Assembly: GCA_003693705.1 (NCBI GenBank)
Contig: RBZT01000861.1
Location: 7,126 to 71,125, forward strand
Reading direction: 5' to 3'
Length of the DNA: 64,000 bases
Origin: Polymyxa betae A26-41
Lineage: Eukaryota; Protista; Endomyxa: Phytomyxea
The notes under the pieces are model-generated. The model worked only from the letters and a program-made list of their open reading frames with translations. It had not been told where the DNA came from and searched no databases. Positions 11,281-23,285 of this stretch are shown in pieces. Made by a program: the position numbers and the translations under genes. Every line of letters starts with the position of its first letter. The first letter of the stretch is position 1.

Positions 11281-11515
11281 AATTCATGAATCAAGTCGAA
11301 CCATGAAAGGAGCAGAAACGAAGGTCGGTGCCTTTCTCGTCGTTCAAAATCCATTAGAGCGCCATGCAGTCTGAATGCTGATTATGGACAAATTCAGCGA
11401 AGTTAACAAAGAACCCAAACGGTACGAAAGCAGATTGTTATGATTCGATTGAAGCTCTAATAAGGAAATGTCTCTGTAATAGATTGATGCTTAGAGATTC
11501 ATTAAGCAAGGGAGG

Positions 11516-11974
11516 TCATGGGCTGGCCGGCAAAATGGCGCCGGACGATGCCAAGAAATTCCGAATATCACGAAGCAGGCTCTTTTCCTGAATGGCGCCA
11601 TTCTCCAAGATACAGAGAATCTCAATTGGCAGCGGTCGCGTCCCTGTATCCAGATCGCATAAACGTTCGGCGGCCAACCCGATCTCATTGCCGTACAGGA
11701 CCAGGCGCACGGACGACGTCTTCTTGACGGGCGCATCCGAGACGGCTCGCGAACGTAGGTTTTCGATCGGTTCGTCGGCCCGAACGTCGAACGACCAGGT
11801 CTTCAGGTCCTGACCGGCGAACGCTGCAAACTGGACCCGGACCTTGGTATGGACGTCCTTAGGCTGCAGATAGACCTTACCCCATTTCAGCTGGACGCAG
11901 ACCGCCCTGCAAGGTGTCAGGCCCGGCTGTCGCTCACCGAACCCGAACGGGGTCCAGACATTATGGCCGCTCAT
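11516..11974 (-). CDS. Hypothetical protein with probable ubiquitin-like domain, intronless
   Basis: 152-aa ORF; VRVQF...WSFDVRADEPIENLRSR...VRLVLYGNEI resembles the beta-grasp UBL pattern. Confidence 0.55.
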   Translation of the reverse strand: MSGHNVWTPFGFGERQPGLTPCRAVCVQLKWGKVYLQPKDVHTKVRVQFAAFAGQDLKTWSFDVRADEPIENLRSRAVSDAPVKKTSSVRLVLYGNEIGLAAERLCDLDTGTRPLPIEILCILENGAIQEKSLLRDIRNFLASSGAILPASP

Positions 11975-12279
11975 AGTCGGATCTGGGCCGGGGGGCAGTA
12001 CGCCCTGCTGCGATCAAGAAATATCTCAGCCTGGTCCCGATGGATTATTACTCAATCGGGAACTGTTACACGGTCCGATCCAGAAATTTCTCGAATATCA
12101 ACTCGGTTGTAGTTCATGGTCCGAGTTGCGAGACCGATTTGGCGTGATGAAAGTGTTGTTATTGCAGCAAATCGTGATGGACGGAGGACTCGAGATTGTA
12201 GACTTTGAAGGGGTGAATTAATTGTGTTTGTTGGGCAACCCAATGTCATCTCGTGTTTATTATGCTTTACGGCTTGCGC

Positions 12280-15200
12280 TTAATCAGTCTCCATCTTCGA
12301 AATACTCGCATCCGGATTCTTTTTCAAAATGACGAATCCTTCCAGAACGGATGAGACCGGAATGTATTCGTCTGTAGCTAATTCTGCCCGCTCATTATAG
12401 CCCAACAGTACCGGGGTCGTATGAGTCTGTAAAAAATTAAGTTCAATTGTTGTGAGATTTGAAAATATCGACCTGGAATCCAGTGATTGTCTTCGGTGAA
12501 CCGGCCTGACCAACCGTATCGACAGCTTGACCAACACGAACTGACACCGGCAATGGGTTCAAGTTCTCATCCAATGTCGTTAACATTCGGGGACGGATGG
12601 CCGTTACAATCGTATACAGAAGATAGTGGCGCTCGCCGAGAATGGTGTTCTTCATGTCGAGGGAGTGTAGGAAAAGAGAAAGAAGACCCCCCAGTCCAAC
12701 CTAAGAAGAGTGAGCTTAAAAAGAGATAGTAATAATCAAACAGATACCTTGGAAACTAAGAGCCCATCAGAATAATAAGGTAGGAGACTCAGCAGCCCTT
12801 TGCCAAGATGAAGGAAACCTTGAGCGATCCTGACGAGAAATAGGTGATTTGGTTCTTTATGGTAATAAACCGCCAGTTGTCTTAACATCTGAGCAAACCG
12901 ATTGTCAAAGCAAATAAAGAGCACGTTGAAATCAATACCTGAGCAATCCGAGAGTTGTTTGTACCAGCACCGACCAATCCTAAAGCCAGACAGGCATTTT
13001 GTGATACCTAACAAGCCAATTAAATGCCTTAGAGTATAAAAATGGTTTAAAGACCTCTTCATCATGGTCGTGACTGAGTTTTGATAAGGTCTCGACAACA
13101 GCAACTTGAGGGTTTGAGATGGAGATAAGGCCAAGAGCCAAAGGAATGGCTCGCCGGGGTACAACCTTAGAAAGGCAGTTACAATGTTTTCGAAAGAATT
13201 GCATGGATTGCTACCTCACAGTATTGAAGCATATTGTCAAAGGTTCTTAGTACCATGGCAGCACCAAGCGGCTCACCAAGCGCTATGGCTGCAATTCCAA
13301 GAACAGCTGCAGCCTGATGCTTGCTTTCCTCTTCTTTCTCAATATGTTCACCGACAATACTGAGAAATTTTTGGACTTGAAGGACATTGCCTGTGCCAGC
13401 AAATGCACAAGTCTGATGAACATCGTGAGAGACAGCTAATAAGAATTTAATCATGATACCTGAACGACAATTTCGGTAAACTTCTTGATGGGATGCTCGA
13501 TCACGCTCAGTGCTTCCACGATGGCTTCAGACGATTCACCTTTGCCAAGGTACAGCAGACCAAGACCAATGGACAAGAATCGTGCACAGCTATCATCAAG
13601 CTCTGTTGACGAACGTTCCATGAGACATTCAAGAATTGCACCAGATATCTGAGAATACCAATTAATTTCCAAAGCAAACAGAAAACAATAAAGAAGACGC
13701 AAACCTCATCACTAGACGATCCAGCATTCACTAATCCTAACGCAAGTGCAGTTTGACCAGTAATTTCCTGTAAAATGTGACTTTGTGCAGGACTTCGATT
13801 CAAATACTTACGATAGACTGAGACGAATCAGAAAGAACGGGCATCAGCAATTCATTGACATCCTCTTTTTCTGTGCCAGCGTAAGACAGTCCCAAACCCA
13901 TAATGGAGCTAATTTTCATATGCCTAGTCAGGACATAAGTATTGAGCTAATTATTTACCATAATTGAATACTTTGAAGAGTTGTCGATAACTTCGGAAAG
14001 AAGACCGAATGCAGCATCCATTTCACTCGATACTCCAGATGAAACTATACCGGTTGCAAGCAACGCACCAGCTCGTAAATACTCCTAAAAAGAGAATCAG
14101 AGTATATTCGACAATAAGCACAAACATGGCGCCGACCTGTGTATTATACGAGTACTTGTCAATGGTTGAGAAACCAGCTTCAAGATCCCACAAGAGGATC
14201 ATTCCGACAGATGCTGTCGCGCTTAGCATACCGTGTTCCTGCATAATGTCAAAAGGCAAAACAAAGTCACTTCAACCACCCACCTTGTTCTTATACATCC
14301 ACTCTGATCCTTCGGGCAACATCAAGAGATCGTTTCCGAAACCTGCGTTGACGAAAGCGTTGACGAAGGTTGAGGCCAGGTTCTGTTTGGCAGAGTCAAC
14401 AGTAACCGCGCTGGCTAAACAACAAATCAGTAAATGTGGAAATTGAGCAACTCTCATTACTGTTTTTCTTTCTTGAAGAACGAGATGAATCTGTTAAATG
14501 CGATTTGTAAATGTCCTCAGGCGATTTAGGCTCCAAAACATCGAGTTCTTTTGCAAGCTGCAGGAAATGTTGATGTAGCTTCGCGTTGCCCATGATTTCC
14601 ATCATCTCTTCGTCGTCTTCATATTCAGCCAAGACTAACTTCTGAGAGGCTAGGATGAATCCCAGCTGCTTCAAAACAACAGGATCTTTGCATGATTTGA
14701 AAACCTAATGCACAGATTAAAAGAGGCCTGCTTGTTCTGGATATCTTATCAGACCTCAGATATCGACTGTCGAGAATTCATTTTTATGGCAACACGAAGG
14801 GCATCAGGAAGAGCCCCACTCTGTTCAGATTTGTCATTAAAAATTGGAGCAAAAATAAAGCTCGTACATTCGCGTAAATATCATAAACCACTTTAAGGGT
14901 CTTTAATTGCTCTTCAGAATCAACAACGTAGTTAGACGTTCGAAGCAGATATTGGCAAGTCTTATTGTAGTTGTCTGGTTTAATTAGTTTGTGAATCTTC
15001 TCCAAGCTGTCAACTCTGAAAAAATACACACTATGAGCTGTGAATGAAACAGCATAAATATAAGTACTCGATTAGAAGATCACAGGCTTCCGCTTCAGCA
15101 TTTTGCAGCATATCGAACTGCAAAATTTCATCGATCAATGGCAGTAAATCATCGAGAGAGGCATCTCTTTCGGTCCGCTTGTTATATTCTAGACCGAGCT

Positions 15201-15923
15201 CTCCTGCGATAAATCTACAAAAAATAAGAAACGCCTTTCTTGAAGAAGTGTAAAAGCACAACCGAACATATTCGTGTCCCCAAGATCCGATTGGATCGCT
15301 AGAGCCCTGCAGCCGATACTTAAGGCTCTCGCCCTCTTCAATCTGAACAGTCATGCCAACAATAGAGATAATATCAGCAAGATATGCCTGGAGGATGATG
15401 AATAAGCAGTCAGCGAAATTTTGTGGCTTCAAAGATAAACCTTTTCTTCCTTTGTTTCCCATGAGCTTTGATACTGTTTAAACAAATCGTAATTGTCACG
15501 AAGAAATTTCAGCGGCTTTGGAACTGCAGTCATGGAAGATGTGGACGATCTAATTTCGTTCCGAATAACATTGAGAGTTTTAATGCGCTCTCCCGAACGA
15601 GCAGATTCTGCAAGTATCTGGATAAAAATTTTAAAATGGAATCAGCACTTGACGAGATAGATACCTCCATAAAACCGTCTAGACGTTCCTTCAGAATCCG
15701 ATCCTCTTCGGTCTGTAAAATCATCAGGTTGGATGTGGGCAAAAAACAATAAGAAAAAGCGAACCAATCCGGCATAGGGGTCCTCTTTCTCAGGCTTCCC
15801 TGCAAGACTGGGGCGCTGGCTCAGAGGGATCTTCTCCTTCTCCAAACGCTTCTGCCTCTGCTCTTCGGTTTCTTCCTCAGCTGGGACCATGACCGTGGCT
15901 TCATTAGGATTATCAGCCGCCAT
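12280..15923 (-). CDS. RPN1: 26S proteasome regulatory subunit RPN1/PSMD2, many introns
   Basis: [46 protein letters not shown] repeats, [37 protein letters not shown]. Confidence 0.96.
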
Positions 15924-16047
15924 AGCTTTGCTTAACCAGAATGGAACTGGAGCGAAATAAAAAGGACACCAAAAGTAGATTTAAAAAAGGCTGGGCTGCG
16001 ACCGGCTTCTGTTACACCAGTACGAGAAAAGGACTCAAATATTTCTT

Positions 16048-16114
16048 GGGTTGGGTGGGGTGCTGGGGTGCGATAATAGAAGTTCGGGGGGCTGGGGCCA
16101 CCATGGCAGGGGGA
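16048..16114 (+). promoter_or_regulatory. G-quadruplex-forming motif in the RPN1/TTC29 divergent promoter
   Basis: GGGTTGGGTGGGGTGCTGGGG at 16048-16068 plus further G-runs to 16114. Confidence 0.45.
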
Positions 16115-16413
16115 CCTTAATCTCCGTGGTGTTCTGTGCTTAACTTCAAAGCAGTCCATCTTGATGTTCAAATTTTCAAGCTCCGCTTTGCATTGGATTA
16201 CCACATTGTGTATCCCAATTGAAATGTATTTTTCCAATCACCCTTGTTCAGGAATGATAGCAGATCCTAAGTGAGATGTAACAATTGTCGATGCTGTGAT
16301 CTTCCATCCTCAGGGGAATCGGGAATCTTAAAATTTAAATCATTGTGACGGCATTGGCGAGAATTTTTTTGATCGATCAAAAAGTACTAAATTCCAGGCC
16401 ATTTGGGCTTGGT

Positions 16414-17997
16414 ATGCCGCCGGCAACCATGCTTGATACAGGGTTACCTATCATAAATGGTAGCCAGGCCCGGTCAGCTTTCAGCAAGAAACAAGCAACG
16501 CAGCGTGGTGAGAAATCGCCCGAAAGAAAGCGTACGACGAATCGGGTTTCAAACAAAACAAAGCCCACGCAGCGAGTCTCGTCACCGAGAAAGACTTTTT
16601 CATCAAAAAAGTCGACGAAATTAAGCGAAGAGGAAATTTTGAAGCAGCAGCTGGAAGAGCTGAAATCCGGGCAGAAGCCAAAGGACAAACAGGTGATGGA
16701 GATTCTAATGCGATTGTATAGATTAGCTCACAAAAGCAACCAGATCTTTTGCCAGGAGCTACTTCTCGCCGGATTCGTGAATTCGTATGTGGAATTCTTC
16801 CATCTAACGCATCGTACTGATGACCAATCAAAATCGCCTATGACCATCGAGGAGCTCGAGTTCGTCAAAAAATGCTTGTCCGATTCGGAGACAGCCCATC
16901 GCCAAAGTGAGCTCTTACAAATGATGACATTCTAAAACTGAATAGCGCCTCCTCAGGTAATTCAGAAAATATGTACCTGGCTTATAAGAAGATCGCCAAC
17001 CATTTTGCTGGAAAAGACGATCCATCGACAGCAATCTATTTCTTCGAGAAATGCTTAGAGATTGCGGAGATGATGAACAATCCCAACCGAGAAGGCGAAT
17101 CGAATCATTACCTCGGTCTGATGTTTGAAAAGTAATCGATATCAGGCTCGCGTCATTACGATTCTGATCAGGCCTCGCAGACTACATGATATCGCTGCTG
17201 CAATTCGCTTCCATGATCTACACCTAAAGGCAGCTCGTGATGCCGGCGATGACGAAGGAGTCATGCTTGCAGGAAGACATCTCACTCAAATTTATCGCGT
17301 TCAGGCAGAAGAATTGCAGGTTTGTCAGGAATATTTCAATGCAAATTGATGTCTGATGCATCTTTAGGAGGCAGGGCAGCTGCAACAATCTGTTGATAGT
17401 CTAAGCCGTTGTTTAGAAGCCGCTTTAGCAGCCGACGATCGTAAAGCTGAAGGCTACGCAAACTATAAGCTTGGGACAACGCTGACGGCGCTTGGTGATG
17501 CTCGAAATTCGATTCCGTATCTGGAGAACTTTTTGCGAATCAGCAGGCAGATTCAAGATCGTATTGGAGAAGGAGACGCTGAAGCAGCACTTGGTCGATC
17601 GTGCCGAACTCTGAAGGAGAAGGCCCGAGCTATACGACATTTCGAGGCGTATGTCGAGATCGCTACCGAAAGTCATCGAGAGGACGCCCAACAAAAAGCA
17701 TTCGGCGAACTTGGAAGTATTTACAGTGAATTAGGTAAAAAATAACATCTAAATAAGGATCATGGCTCAATCATTACTACAGAGGATTATGACAAAGCAA
17801 TACATTATTATGAGCGAAATTACCAATTAACAAGGACGCAAGGATCACATAAAGAGCTGGATCTGGCTAGAACCTGCCTAGGGATGGTTCGGGGCGATTT
17901 CCTGCTTCCCGAATACCTGCAGATTATTACCAAAGATGTTAACGCCCTGATTCAGTGGCAATGCACTCGTACGCCATTCGTAAACGATTACCAATAA
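16414..17997 (+). CDS. TTC29: Tetratricopeptide repeat protein 29 (flagellar), multi-exon
   Basis: CQELLLAGFVNSYVEFFHLTH, CLSDSETAHRQ, AIYFFEKCLEIA, TPR repeats and C-terminal LIQWQCTR. Confidence 0.8.
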
Positions 17998-18455
17998 AAG
18001 CAAATTGCTTCATGAAGCTTTGCTTGGATCAGCTATCGTATTACAGAAAGTCAAGAACTTTTTGCGAAATTTTCAAACTGCGCAACTAACAATTTACGCA
18101 GTATTGTTTGAAAAAACTCGAAATTTTTATCCCCAATGATCAAGCCATACGTAAAAGTGACCTGTAACGTTGAAAAATGTGCTCAAGCAGAGACAAGCAT
18201 TCTAAACGAAGCCTGTTGACATTGTTGAAACACATAGATTGAGTGCTTTGGGGTCCCATTGCAGACCAGATTCTGCAAAGCATTTCCCGATACAAATATC
18301 TCAAGCTGAACGGAGCGCAGTTGGCGCGAGACGGTTGCGGAGTCCGCAATCGGAGTGGGCGGGGCCACCTAATTCCTCAGCAAGTCTCCTACCCCAGTTT
18401 CATACACGCACACATAAAACACTCCCGCTCTTAGTCTTTCCCTCCATTGTCCACC

Positions 18456-19263
18456 ATGTCCGGATACGGAAGCGACGGCGACCGCGAGCGCGATCGTGGC
18501 TCTCGCAACGACAGCCACCGCGAACGCGAGCGTGGCGAACGCCGCAGGTCTGGATCGCCGCCGCCGCGACGTTCCCCGAAGGAAATGTACTCGTTGCACG
18601 TCCGTAACCTGGACCTTGACACCTCGTATGGATCTTCATTATCATATGACTGCGTTATTTACATCGTACAGGACGGAAGAGCTTCGTGAGCTATTCGCGA
18701 AATATGGCTCGGTTCGTGATGTGTACATTCCCAAGGATTATTACACCAAGCAGCCACGCGGGTTCGCTTATATCGAATTCGGCCTGAAATCCGATGCCGA
18801 TCAGGCCATGTCCGAGCTGAACGGTATGAAAGTCGGTACCCGCGAGATCGCCGTCGAATACGCTCGCGGCGAGCGAAAATCGGCTCAGGTAATGCGCAGC
18901 CGTGATCGTGTGCGTTCGCCAGGCCGAAGCCGCCATGGACGTTCGCGCTCTCGATCGCCTCAACGACGCCGCTACTCGCGATCTCCTCCTCGGCGTCATT
19001 CATCGCCGCGATACCGACGTCGCTCGCCATCGCCCCCGCCCCGACGCCGTTCTCCTTCTCCATACAGCCGTCGTCGCTCGCCTTCTCCAGTCCGTCGTCG
19101 CTCGCCATCACCCTACAGCCGACGTCGCTCACCTTCACCACGCCGCCGATCGCCTTCTCGTCGTCGCTCACCGCCGCCCAAGTTCGCCAGCCGCCAGTAT
19201 TCGCGATCCCGCAGCCGATCGCCGCGCCCGGCGTCGTCCACGTTGTACCGCCATCTCGACTAA
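18456..19263 (+). CDS. SR splicing factor, SRSF10/SC35-like (RRM + RS domain), one intron
   Basis: SLHVRNL...DVYIPKDYYTKQPRGFAYIEF...IAVEYARGERKS RRM followed by RRRSPSP repeats. Confidence 0.88.
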
Positions 19264-19635
19264 AGTCGTGTTGCCTAAAGACGTTTTTGTCGTTTCGATA
19301 AAGACCAAAAAAGATAAAGCCAACAGCGCAAGGGCTTCTTCGATATTGTCAAGCAGGGAAAAAGCACGAAAGCAGAGCAATATGTGTGCGTCTTGTTGTC
19401 GTGAATTTCACGCCGGTCGAGAGAGCCCCCTAGTAGCTTTCAATCAGGAACAAAAGGCAAGTCGTTGAATTGGAGAGAGAGCGAGAGAGAGAGAGGACTA
19501 GGGATTAGATACTGCTGAGGCTCAATGTGACAAGCCATCTAATATATTGGCAGATCGCTTCCTTGTAGAGTGAATATCATCGCCGGCACCATCAACCATC
19601 GTGTTCGTAACTTTTTCATTTATGGTTATAGGTTG

Positions 19636-20856
19636 TTATATCCATGGTGGCCGGCCTCGAATTGGGCTGGGATCTCTGAGCTTCGCTCTATACAGCCGTT
19701 CGAATACGGTCCCGGTTGAGCGCTGTCTTGCTAGGCGGCGGCTTCGGGCATTCACCTTTGGACGGAATGTGGCATCGTGAACCGGATCCAGCTCTGCCCT
19801 TATCTCGCTCACGTATTCGTCACGTCGTTTAGCGTCTTCATAGAGTCGCTCTGAAACACGCCCGGAGCGTGGAGATGCCTGGCTCCAGATCGCCGGATGA
19901 AATGTGCATCCTTGCATTTCTTGTGATTCTGTCAGCTTCTTCATACTGGCCGATTTCGTCATCTGGCGCTGCAGTCGCCTCACCGCTTCTTCATGTAGAC
20001 GGCAGAAAACTGTTTTCGGCTTCGCTTTTGTTGGCTCTTGCTGCGGCTGTGAGCTCGTCTTGGTATTTTCTACACCTTTGGAAAGCTCAACTCCAGTTAC
20101 TGTCGCAGGCGACTCGCTGTGCTTTCTCGAATGTGGCGGCGGCGATAATGTCGGCCGAAACGTGCAGTTCAATTCTTCCTGCCGTTGTTGTTCCTGCCGG
20201 TACGTCTCCTTGACCTTCTCGATTCGCGACCGTCGGCGTTCGCCTGCATCCAGCAGCCGTTTGTAAACCGGTCCTCTGCTAATTTGTTGTACTGGAGCCA
20301 CAATCACGGTTCTGTCGGCCTGAGCGTAGACTTGCAGATAGCGGCGCTTAACGATCTCCTCGCTCCAGGACGTCAGAAATGGGACCTGAGACCAAGCAGT
20401 GTTGATCAAACGAGACCAGGATCTGGTCTTTGGTACTTTTGTAAAACCTGGGTGGGAGCTGCCTTTCTGGAAGAGCTGCCGCAGCCGGGTCTTTGTTATT
20501 CCTGTGGCGATGATCACTTTATCAGCCGGCTTCTCTGCAGCTGCTTCGCCTGCAGAAATTGCGTCGTCGACTTCGCCTAGCTCGTCGCTTTCTCCATTCT
20601 GCAACGGCGACTCTTCTTCCGGGATCTTTCTAGCTGCATCCTCGTCAGGATTCGGGGTTTCTGATTGACTGAGGTCGTCGAAGGTTGGAGGTGACTGATC
20701 GATAGGTTGGCGATTGATGGCATGAAAGACGTCGCCAGTTGGCGTATGTGCCGGGTTCGACTCGGGGCCGTCGTCATCATGATCATGGTTCTGGACGAAC
20801 TCGGCTAGAGCTGCGACGGTCTTCTGTATGTCGACCAGCTTCGGCTCATGATCCAT
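19636..20856 (-). CDS. Hypothetical 406-aa protein with repeated (C/A)TFxP and (V)F/YxRL motifs, intronless
   Basis: Long ORF; LNCTFRP, QGCTFHP, DATFRP alternate with VYKRLL, VFCRLH, VSERLY, VFERLY. Confidence 0.75.
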   Translation of the reverse strand: MDHEPKLVDIQKTVAALAEFVQNHDHDDDGPESNPAHTPTGDVFHAINRQPIDQSPPTFDDLSQSETPNPDEDAARKIPEEESPLQNGESDELGEVDDAISAGEAAAEKPADKVIIATGITKTRLRQLFQKGSSHPGFTKVPKTRSWSRLINTAWSQVPFLTSWSEEIVKRRYLQVYAQADRTVIVAPVQQISRGPVYKRLLDAGERRRSRIEKVKETYRQEQQRQEELNCTFRPTLSPPPHSRKHSESPATVTGVELSKGVENTKTSSQPQQEPTKAKPKTVFCRLHEEAVRRLQRQMTKSASMKKLTESQEMQGCTFHPAIWSQASPRSGRVSERLYEDAKRRDEYVSEIRAELDPVHDATFRPKVNARSRRLARQRSTGTVFERLYRAKLRDPSPIRGRPPWI

Positions 20857-21065
20857 CTAGTCATGCAACAGCTCTATCCTATCTAATATACGCCTTCATT
20901 TGTATAAAACAATCAGCAACCGTACCCCGAAATACGGATCCATTATTGAATGAAATCGCAACAATTTTCGAAAACTTTGCCGAAAATGTATATCAAAGAG
21001 AAGACACAATCGTTCCTTTTCCGCCATAGTGGACAAGCATTTTATGGAGAGGCGAGCAATGTATT

Positions 21066-22824
21066 TTAGTACCGTCCTCGGCCAAGAATGGCCACGGCTG
21101 AACTAGAGAAGATACCGCCGTTGCCATAGACCAGAGCGCGCTTCGCGTTGTGAATCTGTCGACCTGTCGCCCTTCCAGTCAGCTGTTGAATTGCCTCGAT
21201 TACCGAAAACAACGCCGGAGCTTCCCAGGGCGCCCCGAACGACAACAGCCCACCATGTGTATTGATCGGAAACACGTCCTGGTCAACAACTTCAGAAACC
21301 GATGACGATGATGTCAGAAACTCTCCACCTGAATTCGCTTCAGGTCGGGCTGCGATGCGATTTCTTTCAGCTTGGATTCGACGAAATCACCACCACAGCC
21401 CATCGGGGCCAAACCGACCGCTAACATGGTGGTTGAGTGGTCGCCAGGGAATACTGGCCGAACCCATCACCTTCGATAGCCCGGATCAAACAGATCGGGA
21501 AGCAGTCGTACAGGCCAAAATAATCGATATCGTCGACGCCGAGCTGCGCCTTCGTGAAGGCAATCTGGGCCGCCTGAAAAAACCCTTCACATTTAACGAC
21601 GCTTTCCTGCATGATAACAGATCCATAAACAGACCTGCTGACAGCTGAAGATATCTTCATGGATTTGATTTGGAGCAGGCGGATACAGACTACCCGAGGC
21701 TTCACCACCGCTAATTACGACCACCGATTGCTCTTCAGGGATCCGCGTCCGCCGTACGAATCCGTCGCTGGCCAGCACGACGGCGGCGGCGCCGTCCGCT
21801 CTAGATCCGCAATCATCCGATGCCGGTATTGGAACGTTCATGCACGATACCGTCGTGCGCATTCCAATAATGTGGTGAAGGGGGCGACTTCAGGTGATGA
21901 TAGAACTTGCTGAAGCGAATGTGGTGTCCGAGTTAAAGCAGATGGATGTCGTGATGCCATCATGCTCATTAGGACGCTACACATTGCGAATTGTTCGCGC
22001 GTTGTTCCGTATGTTCGTGATTGCCATTGCGCAATCCGATCGTAGCTGGTTTGATAAACGTCAGTGGACCGAGCGGATATCGAAGCAGACACGGTTTACC
22101 CATGAGGGATGACAGGAGATGGAAGAGATCCATCTGGCGTTTGGCACGATTGATCGGCTCGCTTCAGGAACTCAGCTTTCGATAACGAACTGACAGCATC
22201 GCCTTCAGCAGCCGACAATCAGCAAAACGCGAATTGTAGTTTTAAGATTCCTGTAAAGCAGGAAAGAAAACATCCAAAGCTTCTGCATAAAATTTGAAAG
22301 GCTGTATAAAACTTCTCCAAAAAAATTTGTGAACATTGCAGTTGCGTGGGCCCAAATTGGAGAGAACAAAGCCATGATAGACCTGCTACGACGGCTACTG
22401 CCGACCTTCCTTCCGTTTCGATCAGACGTTTGGCTTCCTACAACAAGCCAACTTAATGAACTTCACAGCCAAACGATGATTGGTTCATACCAGAATGGCA
22501 CTGATCGGCCCGGCACCTCCTGTATCAATCGTTCGAACTATCACGTCACGTCTGGGCAGTAAACCGATCTGGGTTCCGAGATTGTGTGCCTCCTAAGGCG
22601 GATCTCAGCCTCTGGAAAACGTCTGATAGACGACAACAACCCACCATAAACTTTGGATCGGCAAGAGATGGGACAGCGATCAGGCCGTCGAGGTCGTCGA
22701 TGCCGATGTTAGCGGCGGCCAGAGCCTGACGTAGGGCGTGCTGCATGAGACGAGATGGGGAAGGAACCGGGCGCGGGTTCAGAGCCGTCATCCCATGGCC
22801 GACGATTCGAACTGGCCGGGCCAT
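21066..22824 (-). CDS. Thiolase-fold protein (SCP2-thiolase-like / Ltp2-like), multi-exon
   Basis: RIVGHGMT, IDDLDGLI, DGAAAVVL, GLYDCFP, FPINTHGGLLSFGAP, ALVYGNGG. Confidence 0.85.
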
Positions 22825-23285
22825 GAAGATGTTCTTGTGACGACGTTTGTGAGACACGTTTCAGTTTGGCGTCTTTATGCAGATTAATTGGAATTGATCC
22901 CATTCCATAGACAACAATACGACTTTTTCTACTATCTGTGGAATGGAAACTCTCAGATTTGGGGGATTGGAAGCATCGATTTAGTTGGGGTTGCAGTTCT
23001 ATTGCAAATTTTGAAACATTCGAAGACCCTTGCTGGCCCATCCGAAAACACCCATCATAATTGAAATTGAGTGATAATTTGTATAATACGACCAAGTATG
23101 CGTTTTCATCAGGGCACGGCAACAAAGAAGCTATAATCATTTCGATCTTGGATTCATGTTACGAATATAAAAAACACTGATGACGCTCCTACTAGATGAG
23201 ATATACCATATAATATGCCTAGCTAATAACAATTACATTAATCAAAGTGGAGAGTTCAGGAGTAGCCAGCGGATGCTGAATGATT

